Source: Amoebidium appalachense
Taxonomy: Eukaryota; Protista; Ichthyosporea
Direction: 5' to 3'
Length of the DNA: 64,000 bases
Assembly (NCBI GenBank): GCA_963693365.1
Contig: CAVNZM010000002.1
Location: forward strand, 3,116,259 to 3,180,258
Of this stretch, positions 1 to 27,877 are shown piece after piece. The notes under the pieces are model-generated. The model searched no databases, was not told the DNA's origin, and worked only from the letters and a program-made list of their open reading frames with translations. The stretch's first letter is position 1. The number at the start of each line of letters is the position of its first letter. Both the position numbers and the translations under genes were made by a program.

Positions 1-106
1 AAAAAAAAAAAAAAAAAAAAAAGGAGCCGCAAAGAGAAAATAAAAAAAGGAGAGAGAGAAATGAAAAGAAAGAGAAAAAGAGAGAGCTTTGAGGGAGAGA
101 GAGAAT

Positions 107-146
<40 letters not shown>

Positions 147-191
147 CAGGGGTAGACACACACACAGATGGAGAGAGGGAGGCGGGGGGAG

Positions 192-226
<35 letters not shown>

Positions 227-251
227 CATAGGGGGGGGGGGGGGGGGGGGG

Positions 252-282
<31 letters not shown>

Positions 283-1074
283 CACAGCGTGTGCGAGAGA
301 CAGAAAGAGACGGAGAGAGGACCCTGGGGGAGAGAGGGAGGGGAGAGGGAGGGAGGGACGGAGGGAAAGAGAGAGAGAGGGAGGGTATGAGGGGGAGAGA
401 GGGAGGGAGGGATGGGAGAGAGATATCGTTGACACCAACAACGGCACGGGTGATGGCATGGATCCAATTCTATTTATTAGTTAGGTCGACTGACTCGCAA
501 TTTAGAGTTATGGCTGCACCACCACAGCGCTAGCTTTGTCATTCAACAAGTGCTTCGTTACACACTATGAAATGAATTATTCTCTGACCCACCAATTCTG
601 GCTCGAAGCTACACTTGCTCCTTCCCTCTATCACTAGTGGCACAACAAACAACAACACAACACAGCAGTGAAGAGAGATAAAAGGAAACAAGGGGGAAAG
701 GTGGGAGGGGGGTGTCGAGGGGCAAAATAGTCGCTAACCTTTTCAAAAACTGCCTTTATCTTCAAGTTTTAGTTACTGTGCAGTGCAGATTAGCAAGCAT
801 TCACAAATACATAACCCGAAAAGCTAAAACCCATACCACAACAAAATGCTCCCCCCCCCCCCCCCCCCCCCCCTTTCCCCTCCCTCTCCTCCTCCCCACC
901 ATTTTCTAAACCCCGACGGAGAAGAGGACGACAGAGAGACAACAGAAAAGAAACCAACATCGGGGCTCATAAGAGAGTATATTGCAACAGTGTAGAGGCA
1001 CACTATCCTGTGACATCTTCGTCTCAAGGCACTGATGCCGCAGATCCAGCATTTCTCTTAGAAGGACGTGTCTG

Positions 1075-16103
<15,029 letters not shown>

Positions 16104-17399
16104 CTCTTAGGCCCATATCCTTTACTGGGCCTTTACGTCCTTCATCCAGCAACCAACGGTTCATTTACAGAGCGTCATACTTCACTTTGGTGGACCAAAA
16201 ACACCTGCAGGGTTACAAGCGTGTTAGCTGACAGAAAGGACATATCAACCAAAAAAAGGTAATATAGTTACGAAGAAAGGAGTGTGGTGCCTGCAGTGTT
16301 TACATGTGTTGATTTCTAATTGGTATGTGGTTGTGTGCTACTAGGGATTGATGTGTGTGTGTGTGTATGCGTGTGTGTGTGTGTGTCTGGGTGTGTGTGG
16401 GTGGGTGGGTGGGTGGGCGTGTGTGTGCGCTTGCAAAGTGCATTTGTGTGTGTGTGTGTAGGTACTTGAGTACGTGAGTGCGTGATCTTTAATGTGTGCG
16501 TGTGTCCGCGCGCGCACGTGTGTGTGCGCACCCACTCGCGTGTGTGTGTGCTTGTGTGTGTGTGTGTGTGTCTGTGTGTGCCTGTGTCCGTGTGGTGTGT
16601 GTGGGGGGGGGGGGGGGGGGGGAGGGGCCTGTATGTGTGTGTGTGTGTGTGTGCGAAGGTGGGTAGTTGAGTGATTGAATGAGTGGTTCGGTGGGTACAT
16701 GGATGGGTAGGAAGGTGGGTGGGTACACGGGTGGGGAAGCGGGTTGGTGCGTGAGTCGGTCGGTGAGTGGTTCGGTGGCTGTGGGTGTGTTCGTGTGTGC
16801 GTGTGTGTATGTGTAAGCAAGTGCAGAAGTGTGTGAGTGTGCATGCGTTTGTGTATACGTGTATTTGTGCGTGGTACGTGTGTATGTGTTTTGTGCCTTT
16901 TTTTTTGGGGGGGGGGGGGGAGGGGGGGGGGCGGGCTCCAGGGGGGGAAGGGGGGGGGGAAGAGAAAGAGGAAGATTGCACCGGGTCGGGATGGCGCGGA
17001 GGGGAAGGGGGGAGGAGGAGGGGAGAAGGGGTGGGAGGGAGACAGGGGTATGACTCAGCAGGAGGCTTGGACGAGGACGGGAAATTCTAGAGTAAAATTT
17101 TTTTAAACAAGTCACATGCTACAGTAGCTTTCAGGGAGATAGTGAAAAGGAATCCTTGTAAAAGCAGCTCTGTCCTGCTTTCTAATTCACCCAGCAACGG
17201 CACTCAAGTTCTTGCTGTTCATATATCCTACCTTAGAACTAACAAACTCTTTATTCCAATGATCTAGGCATTCTCCCACTTGTATTCCTCACAATTGATG
17301 ACCAACACACGCATACATCAGTGGGAAACACTAGGGTGACGAAGAAACGAACGTACCCTCCTTTCACGTTTGCACGTTTCGGTTCTGGACGCGACGCGA

Positions 17400-17540
17400 C
17401 TGTGTGAGCCTCTGAGTCCACGGGGTTGCCTTACCCCTTTTACCGCGCTCAGATGTAGCCATATATAGTAAGTGCGCAAACGTTAGGCTACGACGATTGG
17501 CTAGAAAAATTGGTGGTGGTTTTCTATTGGCCAAGTAATG
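17400..17540 (-). promoter_or_regulatory. Probable YAK1 promoter / non-coding first exon region
   Basis: Minus-strand donor-like GG|GTACGT near 17356 and acceptor ctgcag at 16205 imply a 5'UTR intron. Two CCAAT boxes read on the minus strand (gattgg ~17495, tattgg ~17525) lie just upstream. Confidence 0.4.
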
Positions 17541-17637
17541 CCATGCCGATAATAGATCGCGGCAACAGGCCAGATGTCGAAAACAAGGTCAAGGACGGAG
17601 CGGGACTCAGGGAGCGCCGGCTCGAGAGGCATGTACT

Positions 17638-17836
17638 CAGGGTTGTACCGGACCGTGCCGACTACGACTCGACTTGACTAGTCAAGTTCGGGGATTTCAC
17701 TGACTACGACTACGACTAAAGTCAGGGGTCTCTCAACGACTACGACTACGACTAAACTGACGACTTCCATATGATGATGGGGGAAGGGGAGGGGGGGGGG
17801 GGGGGGGGGGGGGGAGAGGGGAGGGGGGAAGGAGGT

Positions 17837-17872
<36 letters not shown>

Positions 17873-18124
17873 GTAAACTGCCATTGTATGGCTTGAAGAG
17901 AAGTGGTCATGTGACTACATTTAATCAAAAATTTCCACGGGTACCGTTGCTCCCGCAGCGAAAAATAGTATACAATTGATCAGTACAAGTACCCTTGCAA
18001 TTGCAAGGTCACCTTAATTAAGTGATAAATTCAGCACAACCGCGAAGTCACGGTGTCACTACTTTTTCTATAAAGTCCTTGTTAGAAAAGACTATAATTT
18101 CGAATGCTACTGGCATCGTTGCCG

Positions 18125-18205
<81 letters not shown>

Positions 18206-19257
18206 ACTGAACACATAAAGAAAAAAAAGAAAAATGCAGAAAACAACTCTAGAACCATTGCCTACCACCGTCCTAAGTAGAACCATTAGGCTACATCACA
18301 GTACCCCCCCCCCCCCCCCCCCCCCCCCCCTTCCTTGCTCCCCTCCCCATGCAACCCCCCCCCCCCCCCCCTCCCCCTTATTCTCATACTTGCCAGCCTC
18401 AGCCTCCTTATCCATCACCACCCCCTCCTCCTTGTGCAGAGCTAGTTTTTCAGGTGGTCGGAGAGATTTCAAAATGTGCTGGTTGTGAAGGCAAAAGAGA
18501 ATTTGCTCCACTCGGGCCGTGGTTAACCTCGTTCTCTTTTCACTAATTATGGTACCAGCACGGGAGAAATTTTTTAAAATATTGAATTTCACTGCCACCA
18601 GAGGATGCTGGCATTGCCAAATACCGCCGTGCCAGCGATGCAAGAAGCGGATACTCGGGGGCATGGTCGGGGGCTAGGTGCTACTATACCCCGGCGGGGT
18701 GGGCGATATGTACCTGATAATGCGCCAATCACCCCTAGGCCGCACGCTAATTCTGGAAAGCATTAGAGTGGCGTTTTTGGTTCTTGCATGCAAGCTGCAT
18801 GCTACCGGTGAGTGTGCATGCTGGGGTGAGTTCTGCACACACGCATTCCATGACTGTAACGCCCAAACGTGTGCGGTTGAAGACCTGCCAGACATATGTT
18901 ATACATATGCGGTGCTAAATAGTATGGTTATCAGTGATGCATGTGTGGCCGTGCTATTGATCATATCGATCTCGCTCACCCCCGTCAGGAGCCGACCCCA
19001 AGACATCATAAACAACACGGCGCATTATCAGGATTTCACTGCCCACATGTACACATATGCATGAGCATCCCCCCCTCCCCCCTCCCCTTCCCCTTACCCC
19101 CTCCCCCCCCCCCCCCCCCCCCCAACCACCACCACCCACCCGAAGTCGTGGGGCCTAAAGTCGAAAGTGGCACCCTCGGTGACTCAACTACGACTACACG
19201 ACTTCACAATTTCAGTGACTACGACTGACGACTAATACCCAAGTCAGTACATCCCTG
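17638..19257 (-). mobile_element. Non-autonomous hAT-superfamily DNA transposon (1620 bp, internally deleted)
   Basis: Terminal inverted repeats CAGGGTTGTAC (17638) / GTACATCCCTG (ends 19257), 10 of 11 match. Perfect 8-bp target-site duplication CATGTACT at 17630-17637 and 19258-19265. Arrays of GACTAC subterminal repeats at both ends. Internal transposase remnant. Confidence 0.93.
18380..18667 (-). pseudogene. hAT transposase C-terminal dimerisation-domain remnant, frameshifted
   Basis: One frame reads HAPEYPLLASLARRYLAMPASSGGSE and, after a short AT-rich interruption at ~18570-18587, another reads NFSRAGTIISEKRTRLTTARVEQILFCLHN. Together these match the hAT dimerisation motif YPxLxxLARxYLxxPASSxxSERxFSxAG...KRxRL...E. 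Confidence 0.88.
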
Positions 19258-20157
19258 CATGTACTGCGTGACAGTGGCATGGAATAAAAAGAACATCTGT
19301 GTAAGAGGTGAGAGAAAATTTGGAAAGAAATAGCGTCATTGAGACATAGTCTTATGCGTGTGTACAACAGGGCCTCACGGTGTGGTTTCAGGACAGATGA
19401 GAGCGGAATGGTGAAATGCAAGGTCGTGGCTAGGCCTGTAGGTGAGCTCTTAATAATCCACAAACCAGAAGGGGTCATGTACACGATGCAAGTGGGGGCA
19501 AAATGTATATTGACTCATTGGCGTGAAATAAGGAAATCCTTGTCCTGAAGCTCAGGAAGGGGTTTGTTTTAACTAAGATTAAGTGGGTATTATTATTGTA
19601 GGGACACTTGCACTTGCATATACTTTTTGAAACCTAATACTATAGCTGTCCTTGTGGTGTGGCTATCATTGGTATACATGCACCAACAGCCCAAAGACCA
19701 GTGTATCAAAGTTTTATTTCCCGAGTTCAACGATTCTATTCTTTCGAGCAGGATACACAGAATATCAATTTAGATGTACAACATAAAGGCCTTCAAAGTA
19801 GCTTAGCACAATACCATGTTTAGCAACTAGATGCATCATGATTACAGCAACTAATAACTAAACTAAATGTTCTGACAAGTACGAAGGTCTGAAGAGAAGT
19901 AAGTCCAGGGTATACAAGCAAACAACGTTATGATACGACACTGCCAATATAGTTATGGGCATTGACAGACTACGCCCACCAGCCAGCACAAAGCGTTCAC
20001 ATTCTGAACAAGTATACCACCTCTACAGGCACGCTATGTCCACAAACAACATCACGTGCCGTTTACATGCCCTAAGCAACCGAGCTAAACGCACATTTTG
20101 AACTCAAGTGAACCTAGTTGGATCTCAATATTTTCTCACCCAGCTACTGCCTCCCGT

Positions 20158-21364
20158 CTACGTGCACATGTCCAGAATGCGCTGCACCATATCCCCCTTC
20201 TCCACACAGCCAGCAGCAGACACACGCCTTTCAGCCAATATACCCTTCAGTTCCTTCACACTTAGCCCCATCAGTTGCTCCCTCGTAAGCGTAATGGGTT
20301 CCGGCTTCCATTGGTTCGCTGCCTCTTCCAACTTCTGCTCAAAGGCCGGCTCCATGGGGTGACCACTAAACACAATAATCCCCTGCGTGTTGATGACAAA
20401 CGAGTGTGGTATTCCTTTAGCCCCAGCCTGAAACTGTAGTTCCTGTACCGAGTCCTCAGAGTCCAAGGCCACCGTGTAGTCCATACCAGATCCCATTTTC
20501 TCGACGAACGGCACTACGGGCCCTTTCTGCTCAGAAGTTACACCGATGATGGTGACACCACGGGGCCCATATCTGTACCAGCCATGTGTTAGCAAATAAG
20601 AATAATGAAACAAAAAAAGCCGGGGGCACGGTACGCAGCTCGAGGAGGCGGGCGGGCGGGGGGGGGATGGCCTTTTAAAGAAGAGGGAATTTTTCTTTTT
20701 TTTGCTTTTCTTCTTTTTCTTGGGGGGGAGGGGGGGGGGGGCAAGGGGCGGAGGGGGGGAGCGTAGGGGAGAGGGGGGAGGGCTCCCACCAGTGAGGAAG
20801 CATGTATGCATGCAAATAGTATTACACTCACAACAAAAAAAAAGGAGGGGGGGAGGGGTCAAGGAGAGAAGGGGGGAGGAGGGAGGAACATCTCCCTATG
20901 CCCTCCCCCTTCTCTCCCCCCCAACTCTTCACACGCGCGGGCACACACACACAACAAAAGGAAAGTACAGAGTCACAGTTCTCAGCACCCCCCCCTCCCC
21001 CCACCCCCCCCACCCCCCCTCCCAGCAACTACTAGCCTGCTCTCACTCAAACACCCCCAGCCCCTTTGTAAACCCCCTTCCCATATACACAAACTCATCC
21101 CCTTTTCCACACATCAAGAGCAAGAAAACGTTGAATTCTAAACATACCACCGGTGAAGGTAATGGACAATAACGGGAACACGCAAGGCCTTGCCACGTAC
21201 TTTCTCTGCAGGTCTGTCAGGTGAGGTATGGACTGGCGGCACGGTGGGCACCACGTGGCCCAGCACTCTATGACGTAAACTCTTTTGCGGTCGTTCACAT
21301 CCACGGGCTTGCCCTTGATAAATTCTAGGCCGTGGATCGAAGGGAGGGGCTTGCCTACAACCAT
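20158..21364 (-). CDS. TlpA/redoxin-like thioredoxin-fold protein with C-terminal SAP-like (MANF/ARMET C-terminal-like) module, 192 aa
   Basis: Exons 21364-21201 and 20572-20158 (phase 2, GT-AG). Motifs VYVIECWATWCPPCRQSIPHL, GVTIIGV, GIPHSFVINTQGIIVFSGHP; tail LSVKELKGILAERRVSAAGCVEKGDMVQRI. Confidence 0.9.
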
Positions 21365-21913
21365 TTTGAAAGTAGTGAACGGTTAAAAGTGAATAGTTAA
21401 GAAAGTAGGATGATGTTGATGTGCTTGTTAGGATTGGCTGCGAGTTGGCACGCTTTGCTTTCCCTCTCTATTCTCTGTGCTGTAAAACCCTGTACAAATG
21501 GGGTTCGTTTCTCTCTCTCTCCCACACAGCCAAACCTCTTTGTAGTTTATTTTTGTTTTCCACTCTCACCAGGAGCTGGTGCTTATATATACGGGGGTGG
21601 TGTGACAATGCGCCAATCAGCAATGAGGTTTACTGATCAGGCTACGTCATCATGACGTCAGCACAGCAACCTTTCAAACTTTCGCAAAGTTGACCCGTAA
21701 GTTTCTTTGTTTCATTTGAGCTCACAACAGAGTTTTGTTGCCAAATACAACCTTTTGGCAGGTCCAGACCTTTCTGACATTTGTATAAAGGGATAAGCCA
21801 CGCATATTGATAGCTCTTTGACAGGATTATTTTTTGTCGCCCGGCATCCCCACGCATCTGGCACTTTGTTTTGGGACACACTACGTACTTGCACACTTCA
21901 GGCTATTTGGAGT
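21365..21913. promoter_or_regulatory. Bidirectional promoter between redoxin (-) and BAP31 (+)
   Basis: About 550 bp of repeat-free DNA between divergent ATGs (21364, 21914). Contains CCAAT (21613), ATTGG (~21433) and a CRE palindrome TGACGTCA (21653-21660) within ACGTCATCATGACGT. Confidence 0.55.
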
Positions 21914-23423
21914 ATGAGCATGATGTGGGGGGCTGTGTTTACCATCGCCTGTGTGGAGGTGGTGTTGTTCATCCTCCTCTGCATACCTCTCCCGGCCTCA
22001 ACGTAAGAGACCCCCCCCCCCCTTCCAGCCCGACCCCCCATCCCCCCCCCCCCCCCCCCCCCTTTTTTTGGGGGGGGGCTCTTTCACGCGTTTGGTTGTG
22101 GCGGTATATGCTTGCCGTCTTCTGTTCTTACTTTGCCTTCTGGCACTGCCTGTACACGCGTAGCTTGTTGGCCGTGCTACTGGCTTCTTCTCCCTGTACC
22201 TTTACATTACTGTCTTCGGAGTTGAGATCTGCTCCTGGTTTTTGGAGCTTTTAGATCTCGTGCTGCTTTTGCATGATGCCATGTCAACATCCTTCAAGTA
22301 CTGAGCAGCCACCCCCTTCTTCGCCCTCCCCTACCCCTCCCCCCTCCCCCGCCTCCCCCTCTTCCCCCTTGCCCTTGCCCCTTCCCCTCCCCCCTCCCTC
22401 CTGCTCCTCCCCCTTTCCCTCTCGCATCTCACCACCACCACCACCAGCAACGATTCTCCCTAGAATCGGTGCTCCACATGACTTGCTCCAGCTCCGTACA
22501 CAGTCCCCCGTCCCTCCCCCCTCCCCCCTCCCTCCCTCCCTCCCTTCCTCCCCTCCCTCTCCCCCTCTCCCTCCTTCCCTCCCTCCCTCCTCCCCTCCCT
22601 CCCTCCCTCCCTCCCTCCCTCCCTCCCCCCGCCCCCCCATCTTTCTGACCACCCAACCCACCCCTTTTTTTCACCACCCATCCATCCATATACTGTATGG
22701 TACCTAACACACATACTCTAATCAATGGCTACTTACATGCATACTGCAGTTTATGTAGCCCCCCCACACACAGTATGATCAATACTAACACGTGCATTTA
22801 TATTTGGTATTGACCCATTACATTTTTCTTTCTGCAGGCGCCACACATTGCTGAGGTTCTTCCTCAACATTGCATCTCCTCTCAAGCCGGCATTTGTGGT
22901 GTCCCTCTTGTTTCTCGTCGGCATGCTTGGAGGTACGTATGCTTTGAATGAGGGACCCTCCTTTTCCCTCTACCTCTCCTGCTACCTCTACCTCCCTCTT
23001 TCTGTCACCCCCATTCTTCTCTCTCTCTCTCTCTCTCTCCTCCCCCCCCCCCCCCCCCCCCCCCCTCTTTCCCCCCCTCCCTACCTCGTCCCCCTCTCCC
23101 CCTCTCTCTCCACGTTTCCGTTTGCATGTCTGCACGTGTGTGTGTGTGGGTGTGTATGTTGAGTCAGGGGGGGGGGGGGGGGGGGGTCCGTATGTGTGGG
23201 TGTGGGTGGTGGGAATTTGGTAGTGGGTGATGGTGAAAGTAATGAGTTGTTATGCTCGTATTCTATTTTCTTCATAAGAAACAGTTACCAAAGACGGACA
23301 TTTTCTTACTGCATTTGTGAGCTTGCAAAATTTGTTCCCTCTCTCTCTCTTGTTATTTTCTGGCTAAATTTACCATCATATTTTATGCCCCCCCCCCCCC
23401 CCCCAACCACACACACACACACA

Positions 23424-23454
<31 letters not shown>

Positions 23455-23599
23455 CCTCTCTCTCTCTCTTTTAATTTTTCTTTTTGGTGTACGTGTATGG
23501 AGGTCTGTGCACTTGTGTGTGTGAACCAAGGGGGACACCATCCCCTTATCCCCTTGTGTGTGTGTGTGAAGCAGGGGGGGAGGTTTTTGTGTGTGTGTG

Positions 23600-23630
<31 letters not shown>

Positions 23631-23956
23631 TGATGGTCCCTTTTCCTCTGTGCCCTTTTTGTTTGGTGGAAAGGGGACACCAATCTGGGGGGGGGGGGGG
23701 GGGGGAGGAAGGAGGGAATGGGGATGATGATTATAAATGAACTACTTCTCCGCGATTGGAGTGTCCATATGCTGAATCGGTGCTAATCGGATCTCACCCC
23801 AGAATCGACCATGCGCTACTATGACCTGCTTGGCCGGGTTGCAGCAGCAAAGGATGCAGCAAAGGCCGGCAACGACTTTTATCTCAAAATGCAACTGTTT
23901 CTCACAGAGAGGAACATGCACTTGGCTTTCTTCACACTGTTCCTGCTCTTGTATGT

Positions 23957-24006
<50 letters not shown>

Positions 24007-24057
24007 TCCTCCTCCTCCCCCTCCCCCGCAATATGTGCACACACGCACATTCACGCG

Positions 24058-24112
<55 letters not shown>

Positions 24113-25137
24113 GGCAGAAGATGGGCTCTATTTATGATGCATGTTATTTGTAAGTGCTTTACGACAGTCACACCATATTGTCCGTCATGAATGTGTGCTT
24201 CATACTCTGTGGCACAATTCAACCCTTCCCTCGTCCTCCTCCCCCCCCCCTCCCCCCCTCCCCCCCCTTCCCCCACCCTCCCCCCTTTCCCACCACTACT
24301 ACCACCTCGGAACTCAACTTAACCTGACAGGAGAGAGGGAACGTTTAGTACCTATCGCCTTTTTGGATGTGATTTTTTTATTGCCCTTGCGTTTGTGTTG
24401 CCGGTAGGGAGGGGAAGGGGGGGGGGGGGGGGGGGGGCAGAGCTTTTCTTCTTCGTTTCTATTAGAATGCTCTTGATACATTTATTTAATCTTTTTTCCA
24501 TTAAGTGGAGTAGAAAAATTGGTTTTTTCCTGTGTATGTTATGTTTGTTTGTTTTGTTTTTTTTTCTTTTCTTTTTCCTTGTGCCCTTTTTCCTGGATTT
24601 TTCCTGGTTTTCTCTTTCCTCCATCCTGCCACATCTCTGACCAATCAATCCCTGGGTTGAAACAACTATACATTTATGCATTCACATTCTCACCCCACCC
24701 ACACCCTCCTGCACACTCACACATCCTTCCATCATCTTCCCTCCCTCACATGTGTCACTTGTGTGTGCACACACTGACACGCCCACGCATGCGCACACGC
24801 ACACACACACACAACACACAAACACACAACACACACAACACACACACACAGTGTTCTGTGGCGGTTCACTCAGATGATCCGTGAGTTAGTGGATGCGGAG
24901 ATCATGAAGAAGCAGGCAGAGGGATCTAGCAAGACTGTGGGGGTATGTCCCCGCTCTCCCCCCTCCCCCCCCCCCCCCCCCCTCCCATTCCCACTCTCGT
25001 CCCCCCCCCCCCCCCCCCCCCCTTCCCCTCCTCCCCTCTGCCGGTGCTGGCCACCCCGCCATCTCTGTTTATACCACAGATGCACGCCTGCAAGCGTTGA
25101 ATATGGGTGCTTCTGTGCTTTTGGTTTTTTGAGTCCC

Positions 25138-25199
<62 letters not shown>

Positions 25200-26144
25200 C
25201 GCGCTCGCTGGTGTGTATGTGGTGATTGAGGGGGGGGGGGGGTTTAGAGGTGACGATAGGGAATCCCCCTTCCTCTTCCGGGTCACTCGGGTCTCTTGGC
25301 ATAATGGCAATATCATCTGTATGTTACTTATACAACTATCTAGACACCGTTTCTTGGCATGCCCTTGGTTGATTCTTGGTTGTTTAAAAACCAAGGGTTC
25401 AAAAACGGGATTTTTTTTGCCACCACTGCAAGTATAAATAATGATTTCTAAAAAGACCGTGTGCATGGGCACCCAATCGGGTCGACCGTTATGGGAAATT
25501 TCATATGATTGGTGTATGAGCACATGGTCTGCGAATCTGAATCTTATGAGGTTATTGTAGATAGAGAGCCGTGCTGATGCAAAGTTTCAATCAAAATCTC
25601 ATCCCTCGAGCTATTAGCCACCATTGTAGCAGTGATAAACCTTCATTCTGAAGTGTACTGGCGTATTTGCTCTCACGCGCCTGTTTTTTCTATGCACAGC
25701 ATCTGATGGAGCAATTGAAGGAGGTCGATGACATCAAGAAAGGTGATTAGTCCCCCTCCCCCCACCCACCCACCCAAACACACACACATACCCTCCTCCT
25801 CCTCCCTCCCCCCCCCCCCCCCCCCCCCCCCCGTGTATGCGTGTCTGTTATCTTGCCCCCCCCCCCCCCCCCCCCCCCCCCGGGGACACGGTGCACTCTA
25901 CCACCCACTCTACCCCCACCCTTACACATGCACACATGCACACAAATATTTTTCAACTAGCCTCTGGCATGGCATTCAGTGCGCTTCGTCTATGCTTTGC
26001 CACCCTCCACGGGACCTTTTACCCCCTCAAACCCCCCCCCCCCCCCCCCCCCCCCCCCCGCCCCGCCTCTCTCCACACACACACACACACACGCACACGC
26101 ACACGCACACACACACACACACACACATGCACACGCACACACAG

Positions 26145-26207
<63 letters not shown>

Positions 26208-27014
26208 GCTCAAGGTTAACTAACCCAAATGGGCACATGCAGAGAAAGAGGCGCTTGAGAAGGAGAGGGAGAAGGCAGCCAAGGACCTAGAGGCCATGAA
26301 GAAGCAGGCCGAGAGCACACAGAAAGAGTACATGAGCCTGCTGGACCAGCTGGGTGGCATGCAGGTGCGTGTTTTGTCTCCCTCCCCTCCCCCTCCCCCC
26401 CCCCCCCCCCCTCCCCCCTCCCCCTCTCCCGACGCCCCCGTCAGCCTCCTTTTTTGTGTGTATGTGCGAGTCAGTGTGTGTGTGTGTGTGTGGGTGCGTG
26501 TGAGTCCGTAGGTGTTTGCGGGTGTATATGCGTGCGTGCGTGCGTGCGTGTGTGTGCGTGTGTGTGTGTGTTTGGTGGTTGGGGGTGGGGGGGGTTGTAT
26601 CTGCGTGCTTGTTGGTTTGTCCCCCCCCCCCCCCACACACACACACACACACACACCACGTTCTTTATCCTTTCTTAGTGGTGTGATAAGGGTGATGGTT
26701 CTAGAGTGTCCATGTCCGGGCCCTACAAGCTGAACGGATATAGCCGTTTATGCCTATGCAGGCAAATGCTTTTGCACACACGCACACACACAAAAGCACA
26801 TGTATGGGGTCGGTTTTGGCGCTCCCTGTCATTGTCTTCATGGTCTGTGGCGTATTTGGTAACGTCCGTACTTGACGTTTTATTACGTCAATTGGATGTC
26901 ATGCCTGGAAATTTTGGTTTATACCTCAAGCTCACACCACCCTCTCACCCCACGCAGAAAAAACTCGAGAAGTTTGAGAATGCGGGAGAGTCAAGTGGGA
27001 AGAAGGACAAGTAG
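21914..27014 (+). CDS. BCAP31: B-cell receptor-associated protein 31 (BAP29/BAP31 family) ER membrane protein, 214 aa
   Basis: Seven phase-consistent exons: 21914-22002, 22838-22932, 23803-23950, 24852-24942, 25700-25742, 26243-26364, 26958-27014. Three N-terminal TM segments (EVVLFILLCIPLP; LFLTERNMHLAFFTLFLL), coiled coil with AMKKQAESTQKEYMSLLDQ, and C-terminal KKDK* ER-retrieval motif. Confidence 0.92.
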
Positions 27015-27621
27015 GCTGTTGGTCGTACAGCAGAATTCAACTTGGATGGGGTCTTTTTTTTTTTTTTTTTTGATGGCATGTTTTGCATGGGTATGTTGAG
27101 GTATTAATCTATTTAGATTATGTTGTTTTGTACACGATTTTGTAAGTGGTAACATGAAGTAGGCTATTCTTTTTTATGTGTTGCTTCTTATGCGACATGC
27201 ATAGAAGTGTGCTATATTGTATAAACACTTTTCTGCGGCTTTGTGCTTGTGTATGCTTGTCTTTCTGTGCCACACGGAAACCTATGACTAAATAGTATAC
27301 TCTGCTCGCTGCAATGTGACTTTGGCATGGAATGGACATAGGGGGTTTTTTGGTATGGTGTTATCCCAGTTTTATGTCGTCTCGGTCCGTACTTGCAAGC
27401 ATTGTTGGTTACTCGAACCTAAAGTTGGTTGAAATTTCAGGCACGGTGTTGGAAAGAATACGTGTGTTGCACCTATGTGTGGGTGATTCTGTCAAGTGAC
27501 ATGTGATCTACAGCCAATAAAATCCAACTGTGTGCGGGTTTGGTGTTTACCCTTCATGTTGCCTGGCCTGCAGGCATCTTATTAAATATATCATATTGTA
27601 TAGATAAAGCCAAGGTATGTC

Positions 27622-27778
27622 TTATTTGGTGTATTGATCAATCTCCAGGATCAAAGATGTAGGGCACCCACTCTTGGACTGTAAGCTGTGGTGGGCCACC
27701 ATCGTAGCCGGTGTATGTGGGTGGGTGGGCCAATGCGGGCGGCTTTCTTTCTTTCTTTCCTCCTTTTCTTTTTTTTTT

Positions 27779-27810
<32 letters not shown>

Positions 27811-27831
27811 GTGGTGCACATATATGTGTGT

Positions 27832-27877
<46 letters not shown>

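Noticed and set aside
17656-17770. GACTAC repeat cluster resembling a CRISPR-like or telomeric array
   Set aside because: Units are 6 bp without regular unique spacers and recur at the other end of the hAT element, so they are subterminal repeats.
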